Shown here: positions 1-9,896 of the stretch, in pieces
How the letters are laid out: each line of letters opens with the position of its first letter
Numbering within the stretch: the first letter of the stretch is position 1
DNA from: Candidatus Dormiibacterota bacterium
GTDB taxonomy: Bacteria; Chloroflexota; Dormibacteria; Dormibacterales; Dormibacteraceae
Assembly: GCA_036565325.1 (NCBI GenBank)
Contig: DATCNF010000133.1
Location: 1 to 44,244 of the forward strand
Length of the DNA: 44,244 bases
Direction: 5' to 3'
The notes under the pieces: generated by a model
Database searches by the model: none
Seen by the model: only the letters and a program-made list of their open reading frames with translations
What the model was told of the DNA's origin: nothing
Position numbers and translations under genes: made by a program

Positions 1-1014
1 CAGTACGGCTGGCCGCACCTGTATGACACCGCGTGCCTGGACGTCTCCGACATGGTGAGCGCGCTGAAGTCGCAGCTGGGCTCCGTCAACGCGGTCAACG
101 ACGCCTTCTGCAAGGTGGGCAGCAAGTACCTGGCCATCCCCTACTGCCAGGTGCCGAACGCTTGGAGCTACCGGACCGACCTCTGGTCGGCAGCCGGGCT
201 GAGCAACTACTTCACGAGTTGGGACGAGCTGGCGGCCGACGGCAAGCAGCTGAAGGACAAGGGCCAGCCGCCGATCGCGGTCAGCCTGGGCCACGCCTAC
301 GGCGACGCCATCACGATGTGGTACCCGGTGCTCTGGGACTTCGGCGGCCGCGAGGTCAGCCCCGACGGCAAGAAGGTGACCATCAACTCCAAGGAGACCC
401 TGGCCGCGGTCAACTGGGCGATCAACACCTGGAAGAGCGGCTACATCTCCCAGAACACGCTGAGCTGGCTCGACCCCGACAACAACCAGGCCTACCACTC
501 GGGCCTGATCACGGCCACCCTGAACGGCGCCTCCATCTACATCAAGGAGACCTACACCACCGCCACCAACCACAAGTACGCGCCGGTGACCAACAACGCG
601 GCCATGCCCAAGGGGCCCTCCGGCCTGGAGACGCTCAACCTGATCTTCAATCACGCGATCATGAAGTGGACGCCGGAGGCCGACACCGCCAAGGCCTTCA
701 TCGCCTACCTAATGCAGCAGGACAACTACACCAAGTGGCTCAACGCCTCGGTCGGCTACAACGCGGGGCCCTTCCAGAAGCTGGCCAGCGCCGACATCTT
801 CAACACCGACAAGAAGCTCAAGCCCTTCCTGGACGTGGTCGGCACCGGCAAGTGGCCGGGCTGGCCGGCACAGCCGAGCAAGGCGACCGCCCAGTCGCAG
901 GTGCAGTTCGTGATCGTGGACATGTTCGCCAAGGCGTGCACCTCGGGTGACGCCAAGAGCGCGATCGCGGACGCGGAGCAGAAGCTCAAGAGGATCTACG
1001 AGACCCCGGCCTAA
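1..1014 (+). CDS. ABC transporter extracellular solute-binding protein (family 1, carbohydrate type), 5' end cut by window edge
   Basis: Frame 1 is open from base 1 (QYGWPHLYDTACLDVSD precedes the Met at 52). The 320+ aa have solute-binding-protein composition, and two MalF/MalG-type permease genes follow on the same strand. Confidence 0.85.
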   Translation, partial: QYGWPHLYDTACLDVSDMVSALKSQLGSVNAVNDAFCKVGSKYLAIPYCQVPNAWSYRTDLWSAAGLSNYFTSWDELAADGKQLKDKGQPPIAVSLGHAYGDAITMWYPVLWDFGGREVSPDGKKVTINSKETLAAVNWAINTWKSGYISQNTLSWLDPDNNQAYHSGLITATLNGASIYIKETYTTATNHKYAPVTNNAAMPKGPSGLETLNLIFNHAIMKWTPEADTAKAFIAYLMQQDNYTKWLNASVGYNAGPFQKLASADIFNTDKKLKPFLDVVGTGKWPGWPAQPSKATAQSQVQFVIVDMFAKACTSGDAKSAIADAEQKLKRIYETPA

Positions 1015-1042
1015 CCGCCTGCGGGGGACGACCTAAAAACCA

Positions 1043-1963
1043 ATGGGAACGGCGATCAGCAGCTGGCGGTCGAAGGGCCTCCTGGGGCCGCGCATTCGCA
1101 TACTCGATCGCGAGGCGCCGCTTGGCTACCTGCTGCTGGCGCCCATGCTGCTGCTGCTCGTCATCTTCCTCGCCTATCCCTTCCTGTTCGGGATCTGGCT
1201 CTCGGTCACCAGCGCCCAGATCGGCGACAACGGCCATTTCATCGCCCTCGGCAACTACGCCTTCGAGCGCGGCGACACCGTGTTCATCCAGTCGTTCATC
1301 AACACCATGTCGTATGCCGCGGTGACAACGGTCGCCAAGCTGGGGCTGGGGCTGGTGATGGCGCTGCTCCTGAACCAGGTGTTTCCCGCCCAGCGTTTCG
1401 TGCGCGCCGCGCTGCTGCTGCCCTTCATCATCCCCAGCGTCCTCAGCACGCTGGCCTGGCGGTGGATGTTCGACCCCACCTTCAGCGTCGTCAACTGGGT
1501 CTCGATGCACTACTTCCACCTGGCCGGTGTCAACTGGCTGGGCACCACCAACACCGCGCTGGCGTCGATGATGATCGTCAACACCTGGCGCGGCATCCCC
1601 TTCTACGGGATCTCCTTCCTGGCCGGGCTGCAGACGATCCCCGTCGAGCTCTACGAGGCGGCGCGGGTCGACGGGGCCACCCGCTTCCAGCAGTTCCGGA
1701 CCATCACGCTGCCGATGCTGCGGCCGATCCTCGCGGTCGTGCTCCTGCTCTCGACCATCCTTACTTTCGGCGACTTCACGCTGCCCTACGTGCTCACCAA
1801 CTGCGCGCCTTACAACAGCACCTGCGTGCTCTCGACCTGGGCCTTCCAGATCGGCGTCAACGGCGGCTACATCGGGATCGGCGCCGCCATCTCGCTGGTG
1901 CTCTTCCCGCTGCTGACGGTGATCGTGGCCGGCGTGCTGGTCGGGCTGCGGAGCGAGAACTGA
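1043..1963 (+). CDS. ABC transporter permease (MalF/UgpA type)
   Basis: 306 aa, multi-TM, with an EAA-loop region YEAARVDGATRFQQFRTITLPML. Starts 28 nt after the SBP stop. Confidence 0.9.
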   Translation: MGTAISSWRSKGLLGPRIRILDREAPLGYLLLAPMLLLLVIFLAYPFLFGIWLSVTSAQIGDNGHFIALGNYAFERGDTVFIQSFINTMSYAAVTTVAKLGLGLVMALLLNQVFPAQRFVRAALLLPFIIPSVLSTLAWRWMFDPTFSVVNWVSMHYFHLAGVNWLGTTNTALASMMIVNTWRGIPFYGISFLAGLQTIPVELYEAARVDGATRFQQFRTITLPMLRPILAVVLLLSTILTFGDFTLPYVLTNCAPYNSTCVLSTWAFQIGVNGGYIGIGAAISLVLFPLLTVIVAGVLVGLRSEN

Positions 1964-2862
1964 TGGCGGCGAGCGGCGCGCTGGCCAGGCCCGGCAAGCG
2001 ACACGGGAAGCAGAAGCACGAGATCGGCGACACGCTGCTCGGACGCTGGTTCCGCGTCTACATCCCGGTGCTGATCTTCATCTTCGTCACGCTCTTCCCC
2101 TTCTACTGGATGGCGATCACGTCCATCAAGAGCGACTCCGAGCTGCTCGACCACACCCGCAATCCCCTGTTCGTGATCCAGCCCACGCTGCAGCACTACC
2201 AGGACCTCTTCACCAAGACCAACTTCCTGCACTGGACCCTGAACACGGCCATCGTGGCGGTGGTCTCGACCTCGCTCTCGCTGTTCTGCAGCATCCTGGC
2301 CGGCTACTCGCTGGCACGCCTCCGCTACCGGGGCGCCAACGCCATCGGGTGGGGCGTGTTCATCACCTACCTGGTGCCGCCGACGCTGCTCTTCCTGCCC
2401 CTGGCGCTGGTCATCAACCAGCTGCACCTGACCAACAACCTGTGGTCGCTGATCCTGACCTATCCGACCTTCCTGATCCCCTTCTGCACCTGGCTGCTGA
2501 TGGGCTACTTCCGGGGCATCCCGCGTGAGCTCGAAGAGGCCGCCCTGGTCGACGGCGCCACCCGTCTGCAGGCGATGGTGCGAATCGCGATCCCGCTGGC
2601 GCTGCCCGGCATCCTTTCGGCCGGCATGTTCGCCTTCACGCTCTCCTGGAACGAGTTCCTCTACTCGCTGATCTTCATGAGCGACACCGCCATGAAGACG
2701 ATCCCGGTGGGGGTGACCAGCGAGCTGATCCGCGGCGATGAGTTCTTCTGGGGCCAGCTGATGGCGGCCGCCCTGCTGGGCTCGATCCCGGTGGCGCTCC
2801 TCTACTCGTTCTTCGTCGACTACTTCGTGGCGGGCATGACCGCGGGGGCCGTCAAGGGGTAG
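1963..2862 (+). CDS. ABC transporter permease (MalG/UgpE type)
   Basis: ATG 1963 overlaps the upstream stop (TGATG). EAA loop ELEEAALVDGATRLQAMVRIAIPLA. The part of ORF 1462..2862 upstream of 1963 is an Arg/Pro-rich frame shadow over the previous gene. Confidence 0.9.
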   Translation: MAASGALARPGKRHGKQKHEIGDTLLGRWFRVYIPVLIFIFVTLFPFYWMAITSIKSDSELLDHTRNPLFVIQPTLQHYQDLFTKTNFLHWTLNTAIVAVVSTSLSLFCSILAGYSLARLRYRGANAIGWGVFITYLVPPTLLFLPLALVINQLHLTNNLWSLILTYPTFLIPFCTWLLMGYFRGIPRELEEAALVDGATRLQAMVRIAIPLALPGILSAGMFAFTLSWNEFLYSLIFMSDTAMKTIPVGVTSELIRGDEFFWGQLMAAALLGSIPVALLYSFFVDYFVAGMTAGAVKG

Positions 2863-2877
2863 CCGCCCGGCCCCCTG

Positions 2878-3699
2878 TCAGTGCTCGATGATCCCGGTGC
2901 CGATGCCGCGGGCGAAGCTGTCGGCGAAGAACGCGCATAGCAGGGCCACCGGCGTCGCCAGCAGGATGCCCGCCGCGAAGCTCTCGCCCGGGTTGTTGAT
3001 GTCGGCCGTGACCAGCGCGCCGAGTGCGCCCCACAGGGTCTGGCCGCTGGTCTCCTGGATGAAGGTGGTCGTGTACAGGTAGTCGTTGAAGACGATCGCG
3101 ACCGCAAAGACCGCGATCGTTCCCAGGGCCGGCCAGACCACCGGCAGCAGCACATGCCGGAGCACGCTGACCGCGCCCGCGCCGTCCGCATACGCGCTGT
3201 CCACCAGGTCCGGCGGCAGGCGGCGGAAGAACGACCACAGGACCCAGGTACCGAACGGGATCACCATGCTCGGGTAGGTCGCGACCAGCGCCCAGGGCGT
3301 GTTGAGCAGCTGCAGCCGGCTGAGCAGGCGGAGCAGGGGGATGAAGAGCACGCCCTGCGGCAGCAGGTAGGTGGCGAAGAAGACCAGCACCAGGCTGCGG
3401 CTGTAAGGCACCCGGAGGTAGGAGAGCGCGAACCCGGCCAGCAGGCTGGCAATCACGCTGAACAGGACGGTGGCGGCGGTCACGCCCGCGGTGTTGAGCA
3501 TCCAGCCGGTGAACTGCGGCTCCCGGAAGAGGACGACGAAGTTGGCCGCGGTCGGGTGGTCGGGCCACCAGGGGTTGCCGGTCGCGAGCGCGTCGGGCTC
3601 GGCCTTGAAGGCCTGGACCGCCATCCAGAAGATGGGCAGCAGCGACAGCATCACCATGGGAACCAGGACCAGCCAGCGCGCCGCGCTCCAGGCCCTCAA
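2878..3699 (-). CDS. ABC transporter permease (MalG type)
   Basis: Only the C-terminal ~270 aa of ORF 2878..4590 looks like a membrane protein (LPIFWMAVQAFK..., LVDSAYADGAGAVSVLRHVLLPVV). TTG 3699 overlaps the upstream stop (TTGA). ATG 3657 is the alternative start. Confidence 0.8.
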   Translation of the reverse strand: MRAWSAARWLVLVPMVMLSLLPIFWMAVQAFKAEPDALATGNPWWPDHPTAANFVVLFREPQFTGWMLNTAGVTAATVLFSVIASLLAGFALSYLRVPYSRSLVLVFFATYLLPQGVLFIPLLRLLSRLQLLNTPWALVATYPSMVIPFGTWVLWSFFRRLPPDLVDSAYADGAGAVSVLRHVLLPVVWPALGTIAVFAVAIVFNDYLYTTTFIQETSGQTLWGALGALVTADINNPGESFAAGILLATPVALLCAFFADSFARGIGTGIIEH

Positions 3700-4565
3700 T
3701 CGCGAACCAGGCGCAGCGCGACCAGGAGGGCCCCGACGTAGACCGGGATCATCACCAGCGCCACCGCAGCGCCGAATCCGATGGCGCCGGACAGGAGCGC
3801 GTTCTCGAACGCGTACGTGCTCACGATCTGCGACCTCCCCAGGGGCCCGCCGCGGGTGAGCAGCTCCACGGTTGCGAAATCGCCGAAGTTGCCCAGCACC
3901 GAGAGCAGGCAGCCGAGGATGGCGGCCGGCCGCAGGTAGGGCACCACGATGTGCAGGAAGCGGCGGGTGCGGCCGGCGCCGTCCACCGCCGCCGCGTCCA
4001 GGAGGTCGGTGGGCACCGAGCGCATGGCCGCCAGCAGCAGGACGCCGAAAAGCGCGCTGCCGTGCCAGACGTTGACGATGACCACACTGAGGAGGGGGAA
4101 GCGGCCTTTCCAGTCCACCGGCTGCGTCTCCAGGTGCGCTTGCAGCAGCAGCCAGTCCAGGGCGCCGTGCACGTTGCTGAAGAGGAAGTACCAGGCGATA
4201 GTGCCCAGCACGACGGGGAAGATGAAGGGCAGGAAGAGCGCGGCATAGACCAGCCGCCGGCCCCGGAATGGGCGCACCAGGGCGAGCGCCATCGCCAGCC
4301 CGAAGGCCAACTTGAGCAGGGTGCCGCTGACGGTGTAGACGGCGGTGTTCTGGAGCATCTGCCAGAAGCCGTCCAGCCCGGCCAGGGCCTGGAAGTTGGC
4401 CAGCCCGATGAAGCGGCCGTCGGTGCCGGGCGCCGCGTCGCTGAGGCTGAACCACAGCTCCAGGCCCAGCGCGTAGGCGATCGGCGCCATGCAGAGGATG
4501 GCCGCCGGCGCCAGGAAGAGGACCGCCAGTGCCCGCTGCCGTCGCCTCCGATAGGGGATCACCAT
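3696..4565 (-). CDS. ABC transporter permease (MalF type)
   Basis: 289 aa, multi-TM, EAA loop LLDAAAVDGAGRTRRFLHIVVPYL. Confidence 0.9.
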   Translation of the reverse strand: MVIPYRRRRQRALAVLFLAPAAILCMAPIAYALGLELWFSLSDAAPGTDGRFIGLANFQALAGLDGFWQMLQNTAVYTVSGTLLKLAFGLAMALALVRPFRGRRLVYAALFLPFIFPVVLGTIAWYFLFSNVHGALDWLLLQAHLETQPVDWKGRFPLLSVVIVNVWHGSALFGVLLLAAMRSVPTDLLDAAAVDGAGRTRRFLHIVVPYLRPAAILGCLLSVLGNFGDFATVELLTRGGPLGRSQIVSTYAFENALLSGAIGFGAAVALVMIPVYVGALLVALRLVRD

Positions 4566-4588
4566 CGTGAGCTACGATTTTCTCTGCC

Positions 4589-5647
<1,059 letters not shown>

Positions 5648-5651
5648 GTCC

Positions 5652-5687
5652 CCCTCCCCGCGCGCGGGGAGGGTAGGGGTGGGGACG
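5652..5687 (+). repeat. SD/anti-SD hairpin repeat, copy C (CCCTCCCCGCG/CGCGGGGAGGG palindrome plus G-rich tail TAGGGGTGGGGACG); also a terminator-like hairpin after the ATPase gene
   Basis: Perfect 22-nt palindrome at 5652-5673, starting 4 nt after the TGA at 5645-5647. The tail gives four G-runs (GGGG A GGG TA GGGG T GGGG), a G-quadruplex-type motif. The reverse complement matches copy D at 21789-21820. Confidence 0.7.
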
Positions 5688-5689
5688 GT

Positions 5690-6520
5690 GTGATCCCAGC
5701 AGCCCTGGCGCTGGTCCTCGGCGCGGCCGGGATGCACGCCGCCTGGAACGTGATGCTCAAGGGCTCCTCCGATCCCCTGCGGCTCTCGCTGCGCGCGCTG
5801 GTCACGGGGACCGTCCTCTTCGCGCCGCTGGTACTGGGGGCCTGGCTGGTCACCGGCCGCCCCGGCCTGCAGCCGGCGGGCTGGCTCTGCGTGGCCGGCT
5901 CGGCGGTCGCCGAGCTCTTCTACTTCGTCTTCCTCAGCCACGCCTACCGGCACGGCGAGCTGTCGTTCGTCTACCCGATCGCTCGCGGCACCGGTCCCCT
6001 GATCGCGGTGGCGGCCGGGCTCCTGATCCTGCGCGAGCGCCTGGGCGCGCTCCAACTGGTGGGAGTCGCCGCGCTGCTGCTTGGGATCTGGCTCGTGCGC
6101 CGGCCGGCGGGCGCCTCCGGACCCCTGCTGGCGGCCCTCGCCACCGGCCTCTTTATCGGCACTTACACGGTGATCGACAGGGTCGGCGTGCAGCAGGGAC
6201 CGCCCTGGCTCTACGGCTGGTTCGTGTTCGCGCTCAGCGTCGTCCTGCTGGCGGGCTGGGTGGCGCTATTCGGCGGCGACGGGGATGCCCCCGGCTGGCG
6301 ACGCTCCACGGTGGTCGGCTTCCTGATGACCGCCACCTTCTACCTGGTCCTGGTGGCGCTGGCGGTGGCGCCGGTCGCGGTGGTGGCGCCGGCCCGGGAG
6401 TCGGCGATCGTGCTGGTCAGCGCCTGGGGCGTGCTCCGCATGCGGGAGCGCGAGGGCCTGCCGCTCAAGCTGGGGGGCGCGGGGGCCATCCTGGCCGGCG
6501 TCGTCATGCTCGTGATCTAG
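5690..6520 (+). CDS. EamA/DMT-superfamily transporter
   Basis: 276 aa, about 10 hydrophobic helices in two similar halves, GTG start. Confidence 0.8.
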   Translation: MIPAALALVLGAAGMHAAWNVMLKGSSDPLRLSLRALVTGTVLFAPLVLGAWLVTGRPGLQPAGWLCVAGSAVAELFYFVFLSHAYRHGELSFVYPIARGTGPLIAVAAGLLILRERLGALQLVGVAALLLGIWLVRRPAGASGPLLAALATGLFIGTYTVIDRVGVQQGPPWLYGWFVFALSVVLLAGWVALFGGDGDAPGWRRSTVVGFLMTATFYLVLVALAVAPVAVVAPARESAIVLVSAWGVLRMREREGLPLKLGGAGAILAGVVMLVI

Positions 6521-6553
6521 GGTGAAAGATCCGAGCGCCGGCGCTCGGCTTGT

Positions 6554-7408
6554 TTACGGACGCAGCGCCGCGATCAGGCGCACGACTTCGTCGGTGAAAT
6601 CGCCGGGCGAGCCAGGTCCCCAGGCGACTGTCTGCACGATCGCCCAGCCGCGCGCCCGGGCCCGGTCCACGCCCGTCAGGTCGGTGAGCTGGTCGAACCG
6701 CCGGCGCACCCGGCGCGCCGGGTTGGGATCGCGGGCGAGGTCCGGGCGGCGGTCGCGGAGCAGCGCCGCCAGGTCGTACGCGGGGTCTCCGCTGATCGGT
6801 TTGGGATCGATCATCAGCCACGGCTCCCGGCCGCCCGCGAGCGCGTTTCCCTGGTGGAAGTCCTGGTGCAGCACGACCGGCGCCGGCGCCGGTTCCAGGA
6901 GGCCGGGGATCAGCTCCATCGCCTCTTCCACGGCGGGGTCGCCGGGCACCAGCTCCTGGGCCCAGCGGCGGGCGATCGACTCCAACGTCCGGTACCGCGA
7001 GCCGGGCGGCGGCGGCCGCCAGACCCGGCGCAGGATCGCGGCCGAGATCGCGTTAGCCCGTTCCTCCGGCAGTGTCCCGAGCGAGCGGTCGGCCTGCAGG
7101 CGCTCCAGCAGCAGCGCCCCGCGGCCGTCGTCGCAGAAGAGCCGTACCGCGCCTTCGCCGTCGAAGAGCCGCAGCGCGTCAGCCTCATGCTCGCTCTCCT
7201 CGTGGAAGCCCCAGCTGACCTTGAGCACCTGCTCCGCGCCCGCGTCGTAGACCACACTGGTGACGCCGGTTCCCAACACCGGGCCGAGCTCCAACGACCA
7301 CTCCTCGGCGAGCCGCTCCAGGCGCGCGGGAAGGTCCTCCAGCCAGCGCCGGCCGTCGGGAAACAGTCTCAGCGTCCGCTCGGCAAACGCCGAGGGCACG
7401 GCGGTCAA
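6554..7408 (-). CDS. Aminoglycoside phosphotransferase-fold kinase, APH(6)/hydroxyurea-kinase-like
   Basis: 284 aa. Has an EQVLKV lysine region, catalytic loop VLHQDFHQGNAL, and IDPKPISGDPAYDLA, in the order I recall for streptomycin 6-kinase-type enzymes. TTG start at 7408 (GTG 7399 is the alternative). Confidence 0.7.
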   Translation of the reverse strand: MTAVPSAFAERTLRLFPDGRRWLEDLPARLERLAEEWSLELGPVLGTGVTSVVYDAGAEQVLKVSWGFHEESEHEADALRLFDGEGAVRLFCDDGRGALLLERLQADRSLGTLPEERANAISAAILRRVWRPPPPGSRYRTLESIARRWAQELVPGDPAVEEAMELIPGLLEPAPAPVVLHQDFHQGNALAGGREPWLMIDPKPISGDPAYDLAALLRDRRPDLARDPNPARRVRRRFDQLTDLTGVDRARARGWAIVQTVAWGPGSPGDFTDEVVRLIAALRP

Positions 7409-7420
7409 TCGCCCTGACGG

Positions 7421-7488
7421 GACCCCGGGTATCCCGGGCTATCGGCCGTCATGACGCGTTAGACCCCGGACATCCCGGGCTATCCGCC
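7421..7488. repeat. Two 27-bp direct repeats (24/27 identical, 41-bp period) with a CCCGGG core, upstream of the kinase gene
   Basis: 7421-7447 GACCCCGGGTATCCCGGGCTATCGGCC and 7462-7488 GACCCCGGACATCCCGGGCTATCCGCC, located between the IlvD-family stop and the kinase start. Confidence 0.75.
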
Positions 7489-7533
7489 ACGCTAGCGCCC
7501 CCACCGCGCCCCTCCGGCCTGCTGCCCAGGCCA

Positions 7534-7554
7534 CCTCCCCCGCAAGCGGGGAGG
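7534..7554 (-). terminator. Terminator-like hairpin of the CCTCCCC/GGGGAGG type after the IlvD-family gene
   Basis: CCTCCCCCGC-AA-GCGGGGAGG (one bulged C), starting 4 nt after the minus-strand stop at 7558-7560. No U-tract. Confidence 0.5.
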
Positions 7555-7557
7555 AGT

Positions 7558-9225
7558 TCACCAGGTGACCGCGCCCTCGCTCGCGCTCTTGACCTGGGCC
7601 GCGTACTTGGCCATTACGCCCGTGCGGTACTGGGGTTCGGGCGGCGACCAGTCGCGCATGCGCTCGGCGATGTCCACGCCCTCCACGTCGATGGTGCGGT
7701 TGGCCACGTCGATCATGATCACGTCGCCGTCGCTGAGCGCCGCCAGCGGTCCCCCGACGGCGGCTTCGGGGGCCACGTGGCCGATCATGAAGCCCTGGGT
7801 GGCGCCCGAGAAGCGGCCGTCCGTGAGCAGCGCCACCGAATCGCCCAGGCCCTGGCCGACGATGGCGCCGGTGACCTGCAGCATCTCGCGCATACCGGGC
7901 CCCCCGCGCGGCCCCTCGTAGCGGATCACGACCACGTCTCCGGGGTGGACCTGGCGGTTCAGGACCGCCGCCAGGGCATCCTCCTCGCGGTTGAAGACCC
8001 GGGCCGGGCCGCGGTGGTTGTGGGGAAGGTGGTGGGCGATCTTGACGACCGCGCCCTCGGGTGCCAGGCGCCCCTTGAGGATGGCCAGTCCGCCCTCCTT
8101 GGAAAAGGGGTTGTCGAGCTGGCGCACCACCTCCTGGCCCGGCGTCTCGGTCACCGCCGCGCACTCCTCGGCCAGGGTCTTGCCGGTCACCGTCATGGCG
8201 TCGCCGTCCACGAAGCCGCCCTCGATCAGGCGCTGGGTGAGCACCGCGATCCCACCCGCCCGGTGCAGCTCGGGCGCCGCGAAGCGCCCGGCGGGCTTGA
8301 GGTCGCAGAGCAGCGGCGTGCGCCGCGAGATGCTGTCGATGTCGTCGACCGTGAACTGGATCCCCAGCTCGCGCGCGAACGCGATCAGGTGCAGCACCGC
8401 GTTGGTCGAGCCGCCCGAGGCCGCGACCGCCGCGGCCGCGTTCTCGAGCGCGCGCCGGTTGAGGATCTGTGAGGGGCGCCGGCCCGCCTCCAGCACGCGC
8501 ATCGCCAGCCGGCCGACCTCCTCGGAAGCATGGCGCTTGGCCGGATCCATGGCCGGGATCGAGTTGAAGCCGACCGGCGAGACGCCCAGCACCTCGAGCA
8601 CCATCGACATCGTGTTGGCGGTGTACTGGCCGCCGCAGGCGCCGGCGCCGGGGCAGGCCACAGCCTCCAGCTCGCGCAGGTCCTTCTCGCTCATTTTGCC
8701 CGCCGAGACCGCTCCGATCGCCTCGTACACCTCCCCCACCGCGACCTGGCGGCCGCGGAAGTTGCCGGCGTAGATGGAGCCCGCGTAGACCACCACGGCG
8801 GGGCGGTCGAGCCGCGCCACGGCCATCACCGCGGCGGGGTTGGTCTTGTCGCAGGAAGCGATGCAGACCAGGCCGTCGAAGTAGTGGCCGCGTGCCACCA
8901 GCTCGATTGAGTCGGCAATGAGCTCCCGCGAGACGAGGGATGTCTTCATGCCCTCGGTGCCCATCGTGATCCCGTCCGAGATCGCGATCGTGTTGTACTC
9001 CATGGGCGTCCCGCCCGCCTCGCGAACGCCCTTCTTGACGTGCTCCGCCAGCTCGCGGTGATTGAAGTTGCAGGGCATGGTCTCGATCCAGGAGTGCGCG
9101 ACGCCCAGGATCGGCTTCTCAAGGTCCTCGTGCGTGTAGCCGATGTTGAGCAGGAAGGAGCGCGCGGCCGCCCGTGGCACGCCGTCGTACAAGGTCCTGG
9201 ACAGGGCCCGCAGGTCCTCTGGCAT
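7558..9225 (-). CDS. IlvD/Edd-family dehydratase (dihydroxy-acid or sugar-acid dehydratase)
   Basis: Family motifs: SWIETMPCNFNH, AISDGITMGTEGM, ASCDKTNPA, CPGAGACGGQYTANTM. ATG 9225 overlaps the upstream stop (TGATG). The 21 extra N-terminal codons in the ORF track overlap the previous gene. Confidence 0.9.
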   Translation of the reverse strand: MPEDLRALSRTLYDGVPRAAARSFLLNIGYTHEDLEKPILGVAHSWIETMPCNFNHRELAEHVKKGVREAGGTPMEYNTIAISDGITMGTEGMKTSLVSRELIADSIELVARGHYFDGLVCIASCDKTNPAAVMAVARLDRPAVVVYAGSIYAGNFRGRQVAVGEVYEAIGAVSAGKMSEKDLRELEAVACPGAGACGGQYTANTMSMVLEVLGVSPVGFNSIPAMDPAKRHASEEVGRLAMRVLEAGRRPSQILNRRALENAAAAVAASGGSTNAVLHLIAFARELGIQFTVDDIDSISRRTPLLCDLKPAGRFAAPELHRAGGIAVLTQRLIEGGFVDGDAMTVTGKTLAEECAAVTETPGQEVVRQLDNPFSKEGGLAILKGRLAPEGAVVKIAHHLPHNHRGPARVFNREEDALAAVLNRQVHPGDVVVIRYEGPRGGPGMREMLQVTGAIVGQGLGDSVALLTDGRFSGATQGFMIGHVAPEAAVGGPLAALSDGDVIMIDVANRTIDVEGVDIAERMRDWSPPEPQYRTGVMAKYAAQVKSASEGAVTW

Positions 9226-9896
9226 CAGTGACGAACCCTCCTCATCTCGGCCAGCTGGGCGGGGTCGAACTCGGGCGAGCGGACCCACCGCAGCAGCTTC
9301 TGTTCGCGTTCGACCACGCGGTCGCAGGCGGCCGGCAGCTCCGCCGCTATCGCCTCCGGTATCGACAGCACGCCGTGCTGGTCGGCGGCCAGGAGGTCGC
9401 CCGGCCGCACGCTGAGCGCGCCCACCGACACCTCCTCGCCGGCCGCCAGCACGCGCACATAGGCGTGCGAGACCCCCGGTCCCCGAGCGAAGAACTGGAA
9501 GCCCATCTCGCGCGCCTCCTGGAGGTCGCGCACGCAGCCGTTGGTGATGGCGCCCACGCAGCCCAGCGCCTTGAAGATGGTGGCGTTGACCTCGCCCCAG
9601 AGCGAGCCGTGGCCGGGCGGGTCGTCGAGGTCCTGCACGACCACGAAGCGCGGCGCGGGCACCTCCTGCACGTGCCGCCAGAGCGGCGATTGGTCGTCGG
9701 TCCCCTGGCCGCGGGCGCGGATCAGCGCGGTCGCCGCGTAGCCGACAGCCGTGCCCAGCTCGGGGAAGAGGCAGCGGATGTCCATGGAGGCGAAGCCGGC
9801 GTCGCGCGGCCGGACGTCGAAGGTCTCGATGCCGTTGCTCAGCGTCGGCGTGTCGTAGCGCCGCAGCGCCTCTAAGACTTCGGGGCTCAACGTCAT
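9225..9896 (-). CDS. RraA-family protein (4-hydroxy-4-methyl-2-oxoglutarate aldolase / oxaloacetate decarboxylase-like)
   Basis: 223 aa. GSLWGEVNATIFKALGCVGAITNGCVRD matches the RraA/HMG-aldolase core. ATGA overlap with the upstream gene. Confidence 0.8.
   Translation of the reverse strand: MTLSPEVLEALRRYDTPTLSNGIETFDVRPRDAGFASMDIRCLFPELGTAVGYAATALIRARGQGTDDQSPLWRHVQEVPAPRFVVVQDLDDPPGHGSLWGEVNATIFKALGCVGAITNGCVRDLQEAREMGFQFFARGPGVSHAYVRVLAAGEEVSVGALSVRPGDLLAADQHGVLSIPEAIAAELPAACDRVVEREQKLLRWVRSPEFDPAQLAEMRRVRH

Noticed and set aside
2863-2877. GGGGTAGCCGCCCGGCCCCC between the convergent permease genes as a bidirectional terminator.
   Set aside because: It allows only 4+3 bp of interrupted pairing and has no U-tract, which is too weak to call.
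7421-7488. Evenly spaced direct repeats (41-42-bp period here and at 36011-36069) as a degenerate CRISPR array.
   Set aside because: There are only two units per locus, the units differ between loci, no cas genes are present, and the repeats sit in a promoter spacer and a terminator spacer.
7558-9225. Calling the IlvD/Edd-family gene the branched-chain amino-acid biosynthetic ilvD.
   Set aside because: It is translationally coupled to two aldolase-type genes and a 2-hydroxyacid dehydrogenase, with no ilv/leu neighbours, so a catabolic sugar-acid dehydratase is at least as likely. The gene symbol is left empty.
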